Source of the DNA: Neophaeotheca triangularis
Taxonomy: Eukaryota
Assembly: GCA_054600435.1 (NCBI GenBank)
Contig: BAAIJX010000043.1
Span: 1 to 64,000, forward strand
DNA length: 64,000 nt
Reading direction: 5' to 3'
A model generated the notes under the pieces. That model was not told the origin of the DNA and made no database searches. It saw only the letters and a program-made list of their open reading frames with translations. Shown here piece after piece: positions 23,605 to 35,200 of the stretch. Both the position numbers and the translations under genes were made by a program. Position 1 is the stretch's first letter. Each line of letters begins with the position of its first letter.

Positions 23605-24755
23605 TTACCCTGAGCGTATTTCTCCCTCTTGGGTCAGCTCGGCTTCCACACCACCGTTCCTCCGTCTCATCAAGACTCGTCCCACTGCTTTCGCGACCTC
23701 AGGATCGTTACGATAGGAGTTCTGCACGAGCCAATCCTTCATCCGGCCCTTGACATCCTTCATCGTCTCCCGTTCTGTGGCATAAGGCGCCATCTCCATG
23801 GCCGATAGACGTCCGACTTCCTGATCAGCCTGCTTGCCTACCGCCTGGACACGCTGCAACAGCTGTGGAGGAATGCCCTCGCCTTCCGGTACCTCTTCAT
23901 GTGGTCCTTGCAGCAAAGGCCCAAGTTGCGAAAGCGCGATGAAGAAGGTAATGGAGAGCTTGCGGAGAAGCGATAGCATCTGGTAGGGTAAGTAGGCTGT
24001 CCTCAACCCAGTGCGCGTCAGCAGAGGATTGAGAACACTGCTCAAGATGGTGGGGAAGTTCGGTCTCGTCACGAAGTAAAGCTCGATAATGTAGAGAGCG
24101 GCCATCGCGAAGTAGCGCCAAAACATGCCGTGACGGAGATATCCCAGCATGCCTAGCAGAATCAGTACCAGGCCACTGACGGCATAGTAACCCGTCGTTT
24201 GCTGTACGCCGCGAAAAACGTAGTCGCGTATCGTCTTCATGTTGCGCCATTGCAAGACCTCTGGGCCAAAACGGTCGTAAGCGAATCGTCTCGCAGGATC
24301 GGCCAGAGTGTCGCGAGCAAGCTTTAATTGTACATAGATGGCCTCAACTCTGGGCCTGTCTGCGCCGGAGACTTTATCAGGGTGGAACTGGACAGTCAGT
24401 CTCCGAAACCTCGACTGGATGCCCTTCTCAGCGACATCATGGGCCACGCCTAGAGATTGGTAGAAGTCACCCGCTTGTCTCAGTTGGAAGTCGGCTTCGT
24501 ATATCGTATAGAGTAGATACACGACAATCACGGCAAAGTGGATGTTTCTCCGGTCACGGTTGAAGCGTGGCGATCCTGGTTGAGGTTTTGGGTCGCCGGC
24601 TCGAATGAGGATTGCGTACAAGGCTGATTGAACATATCCGGTGACAAACTATCATGCGTATTAGCTGCAGTTCACTTTCACTTATCGTATTATAGATAGG
24701 GACCTACGTTTGGTAAGAAGTACCAGCCGCCAATGGATAGTAGATTGCTGGCCAT
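23605..24755 (-). CDS. Membrane-associated DnaJ-domain protein
   Basis: J domain DFYQSLGV...RRLTVQFHPDK...RFAYDRFG flanked by hydrophobic segments. Exon 1 encodes MASNLLSIGGWYFLPN, followed by intron 24649-24707. Confidence 0.88.
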
Positions 24756-25065
24756 GTTGACGAGGAGAAGATGTGATCCGACGTTGAAGTCCAGGCGCTA
24801 TCAGTGAAAAGCTCCTAGCACTTGGTTCATCACATTAGAGAAGTCATGTTAATGAGTAGTGCAGTGTGTTGTCAGGACACCTTTTGATGGTAAACGCCAA
24901 GAGATGCGGTCAGCCAATCGACCTCGGCATCCGAACTGACAGAAGTCGAGGTTTCGGAGATCTTTTCTGGCAATAATCTTCGACAAGCCTGATAAACTTT
25001 TCGATTGGTCGCATTCAACACCTGATCATTACACGTTGCCCGCCGCATTGAACAACCAAGCAATC

Positions 25066-26151
25066 ATGTCGACCGAGACTGCAAGCCCGAAGCTGGAGAA
25101 GAAGAGCAAGAGCAAAGATGGCTCGGAAAAGAAATCGAAAAAGCGAAAGCACCAAAGCGACGAAGCTGCGACCGATGTAGCGGCCGAGCAAGTCTCTACG
25201 AAGAAGCAGAAGAAAAGCAAACATGATCGCAAAAGCGACGCAGCGCCGGTGTCGCAAGAGCAGGGCGAGGCCAATGGAGCAACTTCACCAAAGAAGTCTG
25301 AATCGCAATGGGCGCTAAAAGCAACCACGAAAAAGACCAAGAGGAAGCAAAGAGAGAGTAACACCGAGGATGGAGATACTGCACCAACGCAACCGCAGTC
25401 CTCAAGTGCAGGAGCCAGTGTAGCACATGTCGAGTCCGATATTACTGAAGAAAATCTCGAAAAGCACACCCCTTTCGTGCAACAAACTGCATCGCTCTAC
25501 CTCCCTATCTCACCAATGGCGCACAATTTCCCCATAGCAGGACTTTGCGGCGAACACATATCACCGCACCTACTGAGCTATTACGCTCCTCTCAAAGCCG
25601 TCATGCTCTCCTACAGCAATCCTCGACTCTCTGAAACCGCCGAAGAAGCCGAAGAGCGCAGTCGCAATTCCACAGAGTCCGGGAGAACCATACTGGCGAG
25701 GAGTATTGACGAATACGCCGTCACTTTCGTGTGGCTTACGGCAGAGTACTTGCTATTCAGGCCGCGCAAAGGGACGGTGATGGAGGGGTATATTAATGTA
25801 CAGAATGAGAGTGTATTGGGGTTGGTGTGTTACAACTATTTTAATGCGGGCATAGAGCGGCAGAGAATGCCGGAAGACTGGAAGTGGGTTGGTGGTGAGC
25901 GGCAGGGAAAGAAGGAGGGTGAGGAGGCCGTGGAGGGGTGCTATGTTGATGGGGAAGGGAAGAAGGTTGAGGGTCGGGTCGTGTTTAGGGTGGTTGACTT
26001 TCAGGCCAATGGAGGGTCTGAGCTGGGTGGTGGGAGTATTGATATAGTGGGTAGTTTGTTGCCAAAGGAGGAAGACGCAAAGATGGAGGAGCAGAGTCGG
26101 CGAGACATGACTGAGAATGACGGAAACGGTGGGAGGAGGTTGGGTCGTTAG
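25066..26151 (+). CDS. RPA43: RNA polymerase I subunit A43
   Basis: Lys-rich N-terminus, then SLYLPISP, HISPHLLSYYAPLKAVMLSYSN, FVWLTAEYLLFRP, EGYINVQNESVLGLVCYNYFNAGI and IDIVGSL, consistent with the Rpa43 tip and OB domains. Confidence 0.85.
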   Translation: MSTETASPKLEKKSKSKDGSEKKSKKRKHQSDEAATDVAAEQVSTKKQKKSKHDRKSDAAPVSQEQGEANGATSPKKSESQWALKATTKKTKRKQRESNTEDGDTAPTQPQSSSAGASVAHVESDITEENLEKHTPFVQQTASLYLPISPMAHNFPIAGLCGEHISPHLLSYYAPLKAVMLSYSNPRLSETAEEAEERSRNSTESGRTILARSIDEYAVTFVWLTAEYLLFRPRKGTVMEGYINVQNESVLGLVCYNYFNAGIERQRMPEDWKWVGGERQGKKEGEEAVEGCYVDGEGKKVEGRVVFRVVDFQANGGSELGGGSIDIVGSLLPKEEDAKMEEQSRRDMTENDGNGGRRLGR

Positions 26152-26519
26152 GCTGTACAAAAATGTCGCGACGCGCTTGCTGGCTCGATGGGGTCAAGTA
26201 TCGACATGTGTCAGGACAACGTTGTTCTGATCTTCTAAAAGGCGTTTACCAGTAAAGGCATGGTGTTAGGAGGTATAGGCGTGATCATAGAGTGTATGTA
26301 TTGTCAAAAGTAGAGGTTCTCGCCAGACTTCTTCCAGCCCTCAACCATGACAGACAATGGAGACCCGCTTATCCTTCCAAACGACAGACAGTACGCGAGA
26401 TGCGATGCGATGCGATGCATTCCAGGTTATATGAAAGGTAGCTCATGTATGATTTGGACTTTGCAGCCAGTCAATGGCGGCTTTTGTATGCGACCACTTA
26501 GACGGCCAGGAGCTCCAGT

Positions 26520-26552
26520 CTTATCTCATCTTATCTTCATCTCATCTTATCT
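26520..26552 (+). repeat. Imperfect CTTATCT/CATCT repeat (three GATAAG motifs on the minus strand) in the promoter of the coilin-like gene
   Basis: cttatctcatcttatcttcatctcatcttatct. A (TGCGA)3 run lies nearby at about 26401-26415. Confidence 0.6.
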
Positions 26553-26716
26553 GCTAGCGCGTCGTTGCCTTCTCCCGAGTCTTTTGTCACTTGCGCTTTC
26601 GAGGTGACTTCAAACGCGACAGCCTCCACCACCTCCCTCCTTTGTATGTGAGCAAATACCACATCTTTCCACTACCACCATCCTCCTTCCTGCTTGAACA
26701 CGACAAATACTCAGAC

Positions 26717-29516
26717 ATGGCGTCTTTACGCCTTCGTCTCCGCATTGAGCGCAACGAGCTGCCTCCAGTCTGCACTCTCTGGCCAGTCGCTCCTGCACAG
26801 CTGAAGTCTACCATCGCCCAACTACTGGAAAACGTCAATCGCACCTTCCCGCTCGAGAGTCCGGACTGGGGCTACGAAGATTACGCTGTGCTCATTGCAG
26901 GCTACGAGTGTCTGCATTACCACACCATCGAAGCGGTTTGTAAGGATGAAGACGAGATCACCATTCGCCCGCTGCAGTATGTGGATCTTCGAGCTAGGAC
27001 TATGACTGGAAGGGATCAAATCACGAGAGATGGCAGGCATTTGTTGGACGGTGTACCTTTCGGTCGCCCGGCTCTTAGGGGTCCCGTGAGGCCGGAGGTG
27101 AATATTCCCGCGAGGAAGAGGAAAAGGGTTGAGCTAGAGGAGCAGGATGCGCAGGATGAGCGTGCGGCTCTTCCGTACGGGGCATTGGCTCAGGATCTGT
27201 GGGCGAACAGTGGAGACGAGCGGGGAGAAGGTCAGACCCAAGGTATGCTTCCGAATGGCTTTCCTGTAGGGTTTGCGAACCGAAGCTTTGCTACCGAAGC
27301 TGCCACGCGTTTCTACATAGTTCATAGAATGAAGACTGATATTATCATCGCAGAGGATGAGCCACCAGAGCTGTTGCAGATTGACGCACCTCCTGGCAAG
27401 AAGCAGAAGCAGAAGGGCGGTTTCCAACGTGAGAGGCTTACTGATCATGAGCTTGATTCGATCAACAACGGGCTCAGTACGCTAAACGATGGAATAGGTG
27501 CTTCGTTGCACGGCAGCGCGAAGCGTCATATCCAGACTGGTAGCGATGGTGCAAAGCGCCGTCAGCTTCTACAAGCATACCATGAGGATGAAGACGATGA
27601 AAGTGATGACGACTTCGATCCCGACGCTGGCGATTCTGACGATACCTCCGCATCCTCTTCTAGTGATGCAAAGGACGCGGTGTATTTCGAGAAGGGAAAA
27701 GGCGTTTCCGACCATGATAGCTCAGACGCCTCTGACTCGGAAGACGAAGCATTCGAGGGTTTCCCAATTAGTGCCCCGCCAACTCCCAGACCCGGTGCTC
27801 GACCTCACCTCACGATGGCGTCTGAGTCATCAGAATTATCAAGCGACAGCTCGGATTCCGACGCAGACTCGTCCTCACTGAGCTCCGATTCTGAAAGTTC
27901 CTCAGACAGCTCCCCAGACAGCTTCTCGGACAGTTCCTCGGACACGTCCTCAGTTGCTGGAACAAATGACAAGGCCCAGTCTGGAACCGCCAACGAGCCT
28001 GTCAAGCGCGTAGAGTCCAACGCCGCACCCAAACAAGTCGGCGTACCTTATACAGGTAAACAGACCACCAAGTCACGCAACGCCAGGCGCCGCGACGCGA
28101 GAGAGCTCCAGTTCCTCAAAAATTCCAACGTCCTGCCACCCAACGCTGATCTCGCGTCACTTGCTACTTACAAAACCAGCCTGAGCAACAACAATAACAA
28201 CAACAACGACAAGATGATGACTGATGGGCAGAATGGAGGTGCATCTGGAGAGCCTGTTGCTGACATGTCAGCGGGCGCTAGGGCGAGTGAAGAGGCTTCC
28301 TCGACTACGCTAGACCACGTCGCAGCGGCTCCCAACGCGTCTACTGCGGCCTCGATAGAGCTGGAGAAGCGACGTGAAGAACTCCTTGCTGCCATTAAGA
28401 ACGGTGGCGTGGATGTCACGGAGCATCTTGCGCAAAAAGCTCCTACGAAATCTGCTGCAGAAGTAGATGAAGATGGACCACCAGAGGAAATTCGAAACCC
28501 GCCAGCGCCCGAAATCGATGGAGATGCTGCAATGGCCGACACGCCTGAGCAACAGACTCGCAAGAAACGCGACATGACAGCAACTCAGCGTCTGATCTTC
28601 GGTTCGCTAGGGGTACGCAATCCGAAAAGCAAAGAGGATCGCGAGAAGGTCCAAAAGAAACTACAAGATCGCAATCAGAAGTATAGCAAAATCGAGGGGG
28701 AGGTGCTTGCCGCTTCCAAGGACGACCAGCAGCTAGCAGAGAAGAAGACAGTGGATTGGCGCGACGTGCTCGATCTCAGAGCTGTCGAGTGCACCGACCC
28801 AAGCATCAAGCTCAGTACACCACCATTCCCGTTCCGGCAGCGCTGGGACCCACAGCAGCAGCTGAACCGCAAGAAGAACAAGCGTGGAAACGAGAACGTT
28901 TATTCTGCTGGAGGCAAGAAGAGTAGGAAGCTGAACGACAGGTCCCCTGAGAGCTACGACAAGTACAACACCAATGGCGAGGGCGATGTCCTAGACTACG
29001 GCGATGAGGAAGTCACGGAAGGCGTTGATCCCGCCGCCGCGCAATTGCAAGGTGAGGCCGCTGCAGGTGCCGTCGAGGACGACTTCCCTCCCCTCCCTGT
29101 CGACCTTGTCACCCTTGCACCACTGAATGAGACCGATGCCAGCGTCGACGACGTCATCACCTCGACCAAGCTCGCCTGCGACGCCACGACTGAGTGGGCT
29201 CCGGCCATGAAAACCACCACGCTGAAGCTTCTCGGCAAACCCTCAATCGGGGGCAGCCAGTGGAAGCTACAGCTCGCCGCCCGCGACGTGCCCGAGAAGG
29301 TCTACGACGAGCACGGTGAACGCGTGTATGGCAAGTTCGAGGCGGCCGGGTTCGACGACGACGAGGAGGATGAGCAGTTCAAGCAGCTGGCTTGGGCGGA
29401 TCTGGGGGAGGTGCGCTTGTTGTTGCGTGGTCGTGAGTATGCTCCTGCCGCAAGTTTTGCACAGAGAAACCAGAAGCTAACGGATGAGTTGGGCAGAACA
29501 ATCGCCGACCGCTTAA
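26717..29516 (+). CDS. Coilin-like protein (N-terminal ubiquitin-like self-association domain, acidic/Ser-rich disordered middle, C-terminal Tudor-like domain)
   Basis: ATG at 26717. A terminal intron 29433-29496 (GTGAGT...GCTAAC...CAG) gives the ending LLLRGQQSPTA*; the unspliced ORF ends at 29569. The gene itself is well supported; the coilin identity is by-eye motif similarity (see findings). Confidence 0.65.
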
Positions 29517-30932
29517 GCTTCGACTTTGAGCTGGCCAGACTGGCGTCTAAGCGTCTCTCCGGGCGGTAAGGTGGTGTTGTTGCTGGTGGTCGGCCTTGCG
29601 TGCGGTGATCACCGTGTGTACTGTTGTTGCTGTCGCTGTGATGGCGGTGTTGAGACAGCGAGCCTCGCTCTGCTGCAAGTGCTCGATGAAGCTTAGCTAG
29701 CGGTTTGTAATTTTGCATGTAATATACATATGTGCACCAACGCGTTCTTCTTAGGCCTCCTGCCATGCGATGCGCTGTGTCTGAAGGCTAAGCAACGAGC
29801 TCCGAGCGAATCGTGAATCAATCCCCTCGCAGTCCTCGGTGAGAAGCTAACGAGTATTACAGGTCAATGGCAGCGTACGCCTATCGTCGTGCTTACAAGA
29901 ACCAGCACCGACAGCACCGAGGGTCGGTGCTGATGGCATATGTCCATAGCTCCTTCAGGAATAGCCAGCTCCCATCTCGTCGGGCACTGGAGTCACAGAT
30001 TACAATAACACCAGATCACTGATCCGACGCTCTACTCCGGGCGAGTCTCTGCAGGCTCCACCGCTACCTTCAGCTCGCTAGATAGTGCGCTGACAACGAA
30101 GAGGCGGCCACGGTCTACCGAGCGACTCGGGACACTACAAGCTCTGTCGAGCCGCGATGCTTTGCTTTCTATCTCCTTGAGTCGCTTGCAAACCAAACAT
30201 GGCGGTCTGTACCAGCTCTTCCACTGCCTCTAGCCGACCAGGTATGTTACCGACAACGACTAAGTAGCCGCGGTGTGCAGGCGCATTTATAGGAGGTACC
30301 GTTCCGATCGAGCCGTAATGATCTCTGTCTTGCCAGGCACCTCGAGCCAGTCGCGGCCATTTCGGCTTGCTTGTCTGAGCATCGAATCACTTATTGGGAG
30401 AGAGTGACCTATTAGCCAGCGGCATGGTGCTGACAACTTCGCGGCAGCCCGATAGGCGCCTTTGGAACACACAGCCACAAAGCACGAAACATCGCTGAAG
30501 TTCCCTTAAACGCCGTCATTTCTTCAGACGGCTATAATAAGAACGGCTATGCACAATACTGACCCTAGCATGTCTGTCAACCCACAACGTAGCATCTGAT
30601 GAAGGGTTCAGGATGCTAGGCATCGAGGCTTTCTATTGTAAGGAAGCGCCAAGCGGTTCCAGCTGCAAGTACGGCGCTTAATCTTTGGCCAGCGAAGACG
30701 CTTCATATTTGTCGCCATCTTCTCGGCATGAGATACAGACAACTAAGTTGCGGGCTCGAGATTCGAGGCGTGTTGCTCCCATGCAGCCTCAGAAACTGCC
30801 TGTGCCGTGAAGATGCGATGTGCCTTCCTGGATACCGTGAAAAAGGCTATAAAGGCGCCGCACGACATCCTCGATAGAATGCAACTCAGAATGCAAGGAG
30901 CTTCTTTTCGTTGAGAGTCATAATATACCGCT

Positions 30933-33329
30933 ATGGAACATTTGCCGCTTGGTGAAAACGCCAACATCATAACCGTTCCCTACATCGCAAATACTACTTA
31001 CGACGACGGAGACTTCTATTCGTACCCAACCCGGCAAGACTACGAGTTCTGGGAGCTGGCCAAGCGCTCGGACGCTGAAGGATCCCATGGAACCCTCGCG
31101 GCTCTGACTAGAGGCCGTACTCTTGACAATCTTGCGGCGTTCATTCAAAGCTGGTTGTTTTTTGGACTGCTTCGCAGTTGCGTGGAACCAAAGCCGGAAA
31201 GTAAAAATTACGTCCTGCAGTCACCAGTCATAACCACGGAGCACCTTGGCCGCGATCTTCTGGTATGGAAACAGCATGTCTATGCGAAACGAGACATAGA
31301 TAGGGCCGCCAACGCCAACACTACCCGGGACTGCATCGACAAGGCTATCATCGCCGTCGCCATCCTGGATGAGATCGCCAGCCGCGGAGCAGCGCGTACT
31401 TCTGATCAGGAGGGGCTTAACAAGGTTTGGGAGCAGCTGTTCCTATGCGAGTCCCTGATCTCAGCTCTTGCGAACGCACAGAGCAAAATTTTTGGGGCGG
31501 GACATCCGTCCACCATCACGCAAACGGCATCGATTATTGGCCGCATGCCAAGTTGGCTGGGGAACAAGTTCAGGGAAAGCGGCTGGTGTCCTCACACTGT
31601 CAGCTACCTCAAGGCGTACTTTCGCGTGGATCTTCAGATGTACGCTTACGGTCTAGGAACCGAGCGCTCCCGCAAAGACCATCGCAAGTGCTCTGTTGGG
31701 CACTGCGATCCAGTCGACCTTGAGAACGCGAAGACGCCACGGCATACTGCGACGTGTAGGGGCTGCAAAAGCGTCGGGCCTCCATTGGACGACCTTGTGC
31801 GAGTGCTTTCCAGCGGACAGATTCCCATCATATCGTTGGGGACGACTTCAGACGATGATAGCTGCTTGAAGCTTCAAGTCGACAGAGCGAGACCGGAAGA
31901 CGATTACGTCGCGATATCGCATGTCTGGTCTGACGGGATGGCAAACTCGCATGCCAACGAACTGCCAATTTGTCAGTTGCTGGAGCTTCGCAAGACCCTG
32001 CTGCAGGTCGGTTCCAAACTGTCGATCCAATACCAGTTAAAGAGGACACTACTGCCCGTTTGGTTCGACGCCCTATGCATCCCCGCCGACGAGAAGTACC
32101 AAGCCTTGCGGAACTTTTCTATCAACAGCATGTTTCGTATATACAAGGATGCCTTAGCCGTCCTCATTTTTGATCCCGACCTGCGGAAGTTGCAAAGCAA
32201 CACACCTCCCCTAGAAATCATGGCGAGGACACTTTTCTGCGGCTGGAGTGGGAGGCTGTGGACCTTCCAAGAAGGTTCGGGGCGAAAGAAAGAGAAGTTC
32301 CTAGCAGCGGCAAACACAGTCTTCGATCTTGACGATGTAATGTTGCGCGGCCGCGTGGCTGAACAGAGCGGTCGGCCTGAAGCGCTCCAGTACAGTTTCA
32401 GCGGAACTCTGGAGCAGCAGCTATTCCAGCGCGTTTATCTGGACCCAAACTATATCACAGAGCTAGGCAGCCAACAGCTACTGGCGGCCATTTCCCATCG
32501 CATCACTAGTCGTACGGAGGACGAGCCGATCGTGATTGCTAGCTTTTTGCAACTCGATGTGTCCCCAATTGAGGCCGAGACTCTGCGCGAGAAACGAATG
32601 ACAAGGCTCTTGCAATCCATGACTTGGGTTCCGCGGAATATTCTCTTTGCCACAGGCCCCAGACTGAACACACCTTCGAGTCCGCCGGGATTCGCCTGGG
32701 CGCCTCGAACTCTTTTGGCTCCATACGGGGTCGGAGACCATGTCGTTGACCATGTCGTTCAATCTAGGTACGATGACCAGACAGTTGCAGGTGCCGAGAA
32801 CCCAACGGCAGCCACCACGCGAAGAGGTAGACGAAGAAAATCAGAGAGTCTGTGCCTGTTCCAAGCAAAGCAAGCTGCCTTCAAAACAGATGTTGCCGCT
32901 TCTCTGCAGCTCTGTTATCTGCATCCGAGTCCTTGGTTTGGCCTTGCTGCCTTCTTCCCAGGGATCAACATCGACAGACCAGTAGATGTTAGTAGTGGCC
33001 ACTTCACTCTGAGAACGCAGACCAATGATCACTTCGCGGTTCGGACTTCTGGCGAAGGTCGGCAGCCGCGCCAAAAGTCGGAACCACCCTTGGCGCTCAT
33101 ATTGAGCATGATCAGCCCCGATGGGATATGGAGTCCAGCCCTGTTAGTCACAGTCCACGGAACTGTAGCTAGCGACCCAGCCAACCCCGATCGAGAATTT
33201 AGCATGGCTCGATCGTTACAAAGAGTGACCGCTTGCTCTTTCGATCCGAGAAACACCAAGTTCCTGTTGAAGATGCCAGCCAAGGCCAGTTATTTCAAAC
33301 CTCGTTGGTGGCTTGTTGACCCGGTCTAG
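30933..33329 (+). CDS. HET (heterokaryon-incompatibility) domain protein
   Basis: Single 798-aa ORF with HET motifs YVAISHVWSDG, WFDALCIP, MFRIYKDALAVL and WSGRLWTFQEG. The N-terminal region carries QSWLFFGLL, GWCP and His/Cys clusters. Confidence 0.88.
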   Translation: MEHLPLGENANIITVPYIANTTYDDGDFYSYPTRQDYEFWELAKRSDAEGSHGTLAALTRGRTLDNLAAFIQSWLFFGLLRSCVEPKPESKNYVLQSPVITTEHLGRDLLVWKQHVYAKRDIDRAANANTTRDCIDKAIIAVAILDEIASRGAARTSDQEGLNKVWEQLFLCESLISALANAQSKIFGAGHPSTITQTASIIGRMPSWLGNKFRESGWCPHTVSYLKAYFRVDLQMYAYGLGTERSRKDHRKCSVGHCDPVDLENAKTPRHTATCRGCKSVGPPLDDLVRVLSSGQIPIISLGTTSDDDSCLKLQVDRARPEDDYVAISHVWSDGMANSHANELPICQLLELRKTLLQVGSKLSIQYQLKRTLLPVWFDALCIPADEKYQALRNFSINSMFRIYKDALAVLIFDPDLRKLQSNTPPLEIMARTLFCGWSGRLWTFQEGSGRKKEKFLAAANTVFDLDDVMLRGRVAEQSGRPEALQYSFSGTLEQQLFQRVYLDPNYITELGSQQLLAAISHRITSRTEDEPIVIASFLQLDVSPIEAETLREKRMTRLLQSMTWVPRNILFATGPRLNTPSSPPGFAWAPRTLLAPYGVGDHVVDHVVQSRYDDQTVAGAENPTAATTRRGRRRKSESLCLFQAKQAAFKTDVAASLQLCYLHPSPWFGLAAFFPGINIDRPVDVSSGHFTLRTQTNDHFAVRTSGEGRQPRQKSEPPLALILSMISPDGIWSPALLVTVHGTVASDPANPDREFSMARSLQRVTACSFDPRNTKFLLKMPAKASYFKPRWWLVDPV

Positions 33330-33340
33330 AAGCAATTGTA

Positions 33341-34057
33341 TCATACTTCCCTAGTTTTCTTAAAGCCGATATTTCCCTCTTCTTTCAAGCCCCATTTATT
33401 AAGCTCCTGAGTCTCTACGATCCTTCTCTTGAGATTCACCTCAACCATGCTGCGCCGATTTCTGGAGGCTTCCAACCCATCGTCGTTCATATCAAAATAC
33501 AGAGCCCACCCGCCGCTCGGCTCGCGAACAGCAGCGAAGCCTTCCCATTTGTCGAAAGTAACATAGGAATCCCTTGGATCTTCTTGCGTCCAGTCATAAT
33601 CGCCTACATGGTGGGCGATACTGTTTGTCCGATTTTCGTACTTCACTTCGAAGGTGTCCTTGTCGATGTAAATCCAGTTCAGAACTGGCGGGTCTTTGCT
33701 GATCGTGCTCACAAGCCCCATGGTGGGCATTCGTTCATCGTCAGGGTACGCGATGTAGAAGCCCGTGAATGGATGGTTTCCACTGACGGCATGGCCTGTC
33801 TCAGGATCCTTGTCTTCGATCCACAACTTCTGGTCGTGTAGTGTCACAACCCCGTTACGCAGATTTGGCCCTACTGCTCCCGGCTGATCGTCGTCGGCGT
33901 AAGCGTCCAAATGGAACTTGAGCATGCGCGAAGACTGCTCGGCATTTTGTCTCTTCTGCTCGCTAACACCCTGGGCAACTCCTGTGACGGTTGCGATGCT
34001 GGGTGCTGTAACTATGGGCAGCGCCGTGCCGAGGCCAAGTATAACGTCGACGAACAT
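33341..34057 (-). CDS. Conserved fungal hypothetical protein with hydrophobic N-terminus
   Basis: 238-aa ORF from ATG 34057 with protein-like motifs (HPFTGFYIAYPD, GLVSTISKDPPVLNWIYIDKDT, WEGFAAV, WALYFD). Function unknown. Confidence 0.75.
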   Translation of the reverse strand: MFVDVILGLGTALPIVTAPSIATVTGVAQGVSEQKRQNAEQSSRMLKFHLDAYADDDQPGAVGPNLRNGVVTLHDQKLWIEDKDPETGHAVSGNHPFTGFYIAYPDDERMPTMGLVSTISKDPPVLNWIYIDKDTFEVKYENRTNSIAHHVGDYDWTQEDPRDSYVTFDKWEGFAAVREPSGGWALYFDMNDDGLEASRNRRSMVEVNLKRRIVETQELNKWGLKEEGNIGFKKTREV

Positions 34058-35200
34058 TTTGACGGGGTGAGAAGGTCGATGAAATGGGTGTGCAGTAAGA
34101 GGCAGAATCGAATGGACAATCATACACTGGATTGAAGGATGGCAAACCGCAAGATGAGAAACTGGGCAGCTCCGGGCCTACGAGTTTTAAATTGTCTTGG
34201 TCGTCGTCGAAGCGAAGCCGTTGACGTCGGTCCCCGCTTTCGCACAAACTCTGACCCTAAGGTAACCTACATGATATTAAGTGAGACATGCGGGTAGACA
34301 AGCAAAGAACAGTCTAGGCCACCAAGGTACATGTCTATGGAGCAGCACCTTAGCAAATGTGGTTGTCAGCGTAAGAGCAACGGTATCACTGTATCAGAAC
34401 AGAACGAATCGAAGGCGAATGCCGGTATGCTTTATTTGGCAATGCTCTTACGGCTGGATTTGACGACAAGATAGACAGGCCCTCGGTGCAGCAACGCAGT
34501 CAAAGGCAACCAAGCTCGGAAGACATCTTGAGAGAGCTGACACGGTGCAAATTTCTTATGCCGTGCTATCTACGGCAGGCGTGCTCGTGGTGACAGAATT
34601 AAGGCTCTTGTTAGTTTACACCGCAATAGTCTAGTCAAACGTTGAGCTGGCGATCAAACGAGTCTCGCGCCTGCCTGTACACTACTAGACAGCAGCAGCG
34701 TATGTTCAGAGATGATGGCTACCCGGGTGACAGAAGGATTGAGACAGTATGGGTGCTCACCTCCGCATAACTGTCCTTTCCTGCTTGTCACCCTGGAACT
34801 GGCAAACCTGCATAGAAATGGGATCACGGATTCTGGTGCTAACATATGCAAAGACCACCTGCAAGACCATCAGCCTGGGACCGCAGATTAGACAACTCGT
34901 GAGAGCGGTGCTGGCCCGCGAGGCTGCAAGTGTGCGTGGCGCTATATAGTGGCGCTCCGCTACATCAAGAACTTTCCATTGTGTCTCATGTGTAGATACT
35001 CTTGTTATGTGATCGACCTGCGAATGGATAGATAGGAGGAGAGCGCGAAGAAGATACGTCAACAACTTCATGGTGAACGAGGTATGTCTTGAGGCACGCA
35101 AAGAATATACTACACATTCCCAAGGGCGGTGCAAAATGCCATTCAGTCCAGAACACCCTAAGCGCCTCTCGCTATTTACAGAGAAAAACCCAAAGACCAC

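Noticed and set aside
34100..35200. Splice-like signals and short ORFs between the hypothetical gene and CCC2
   Set aside because: No coherent gene model could be built.
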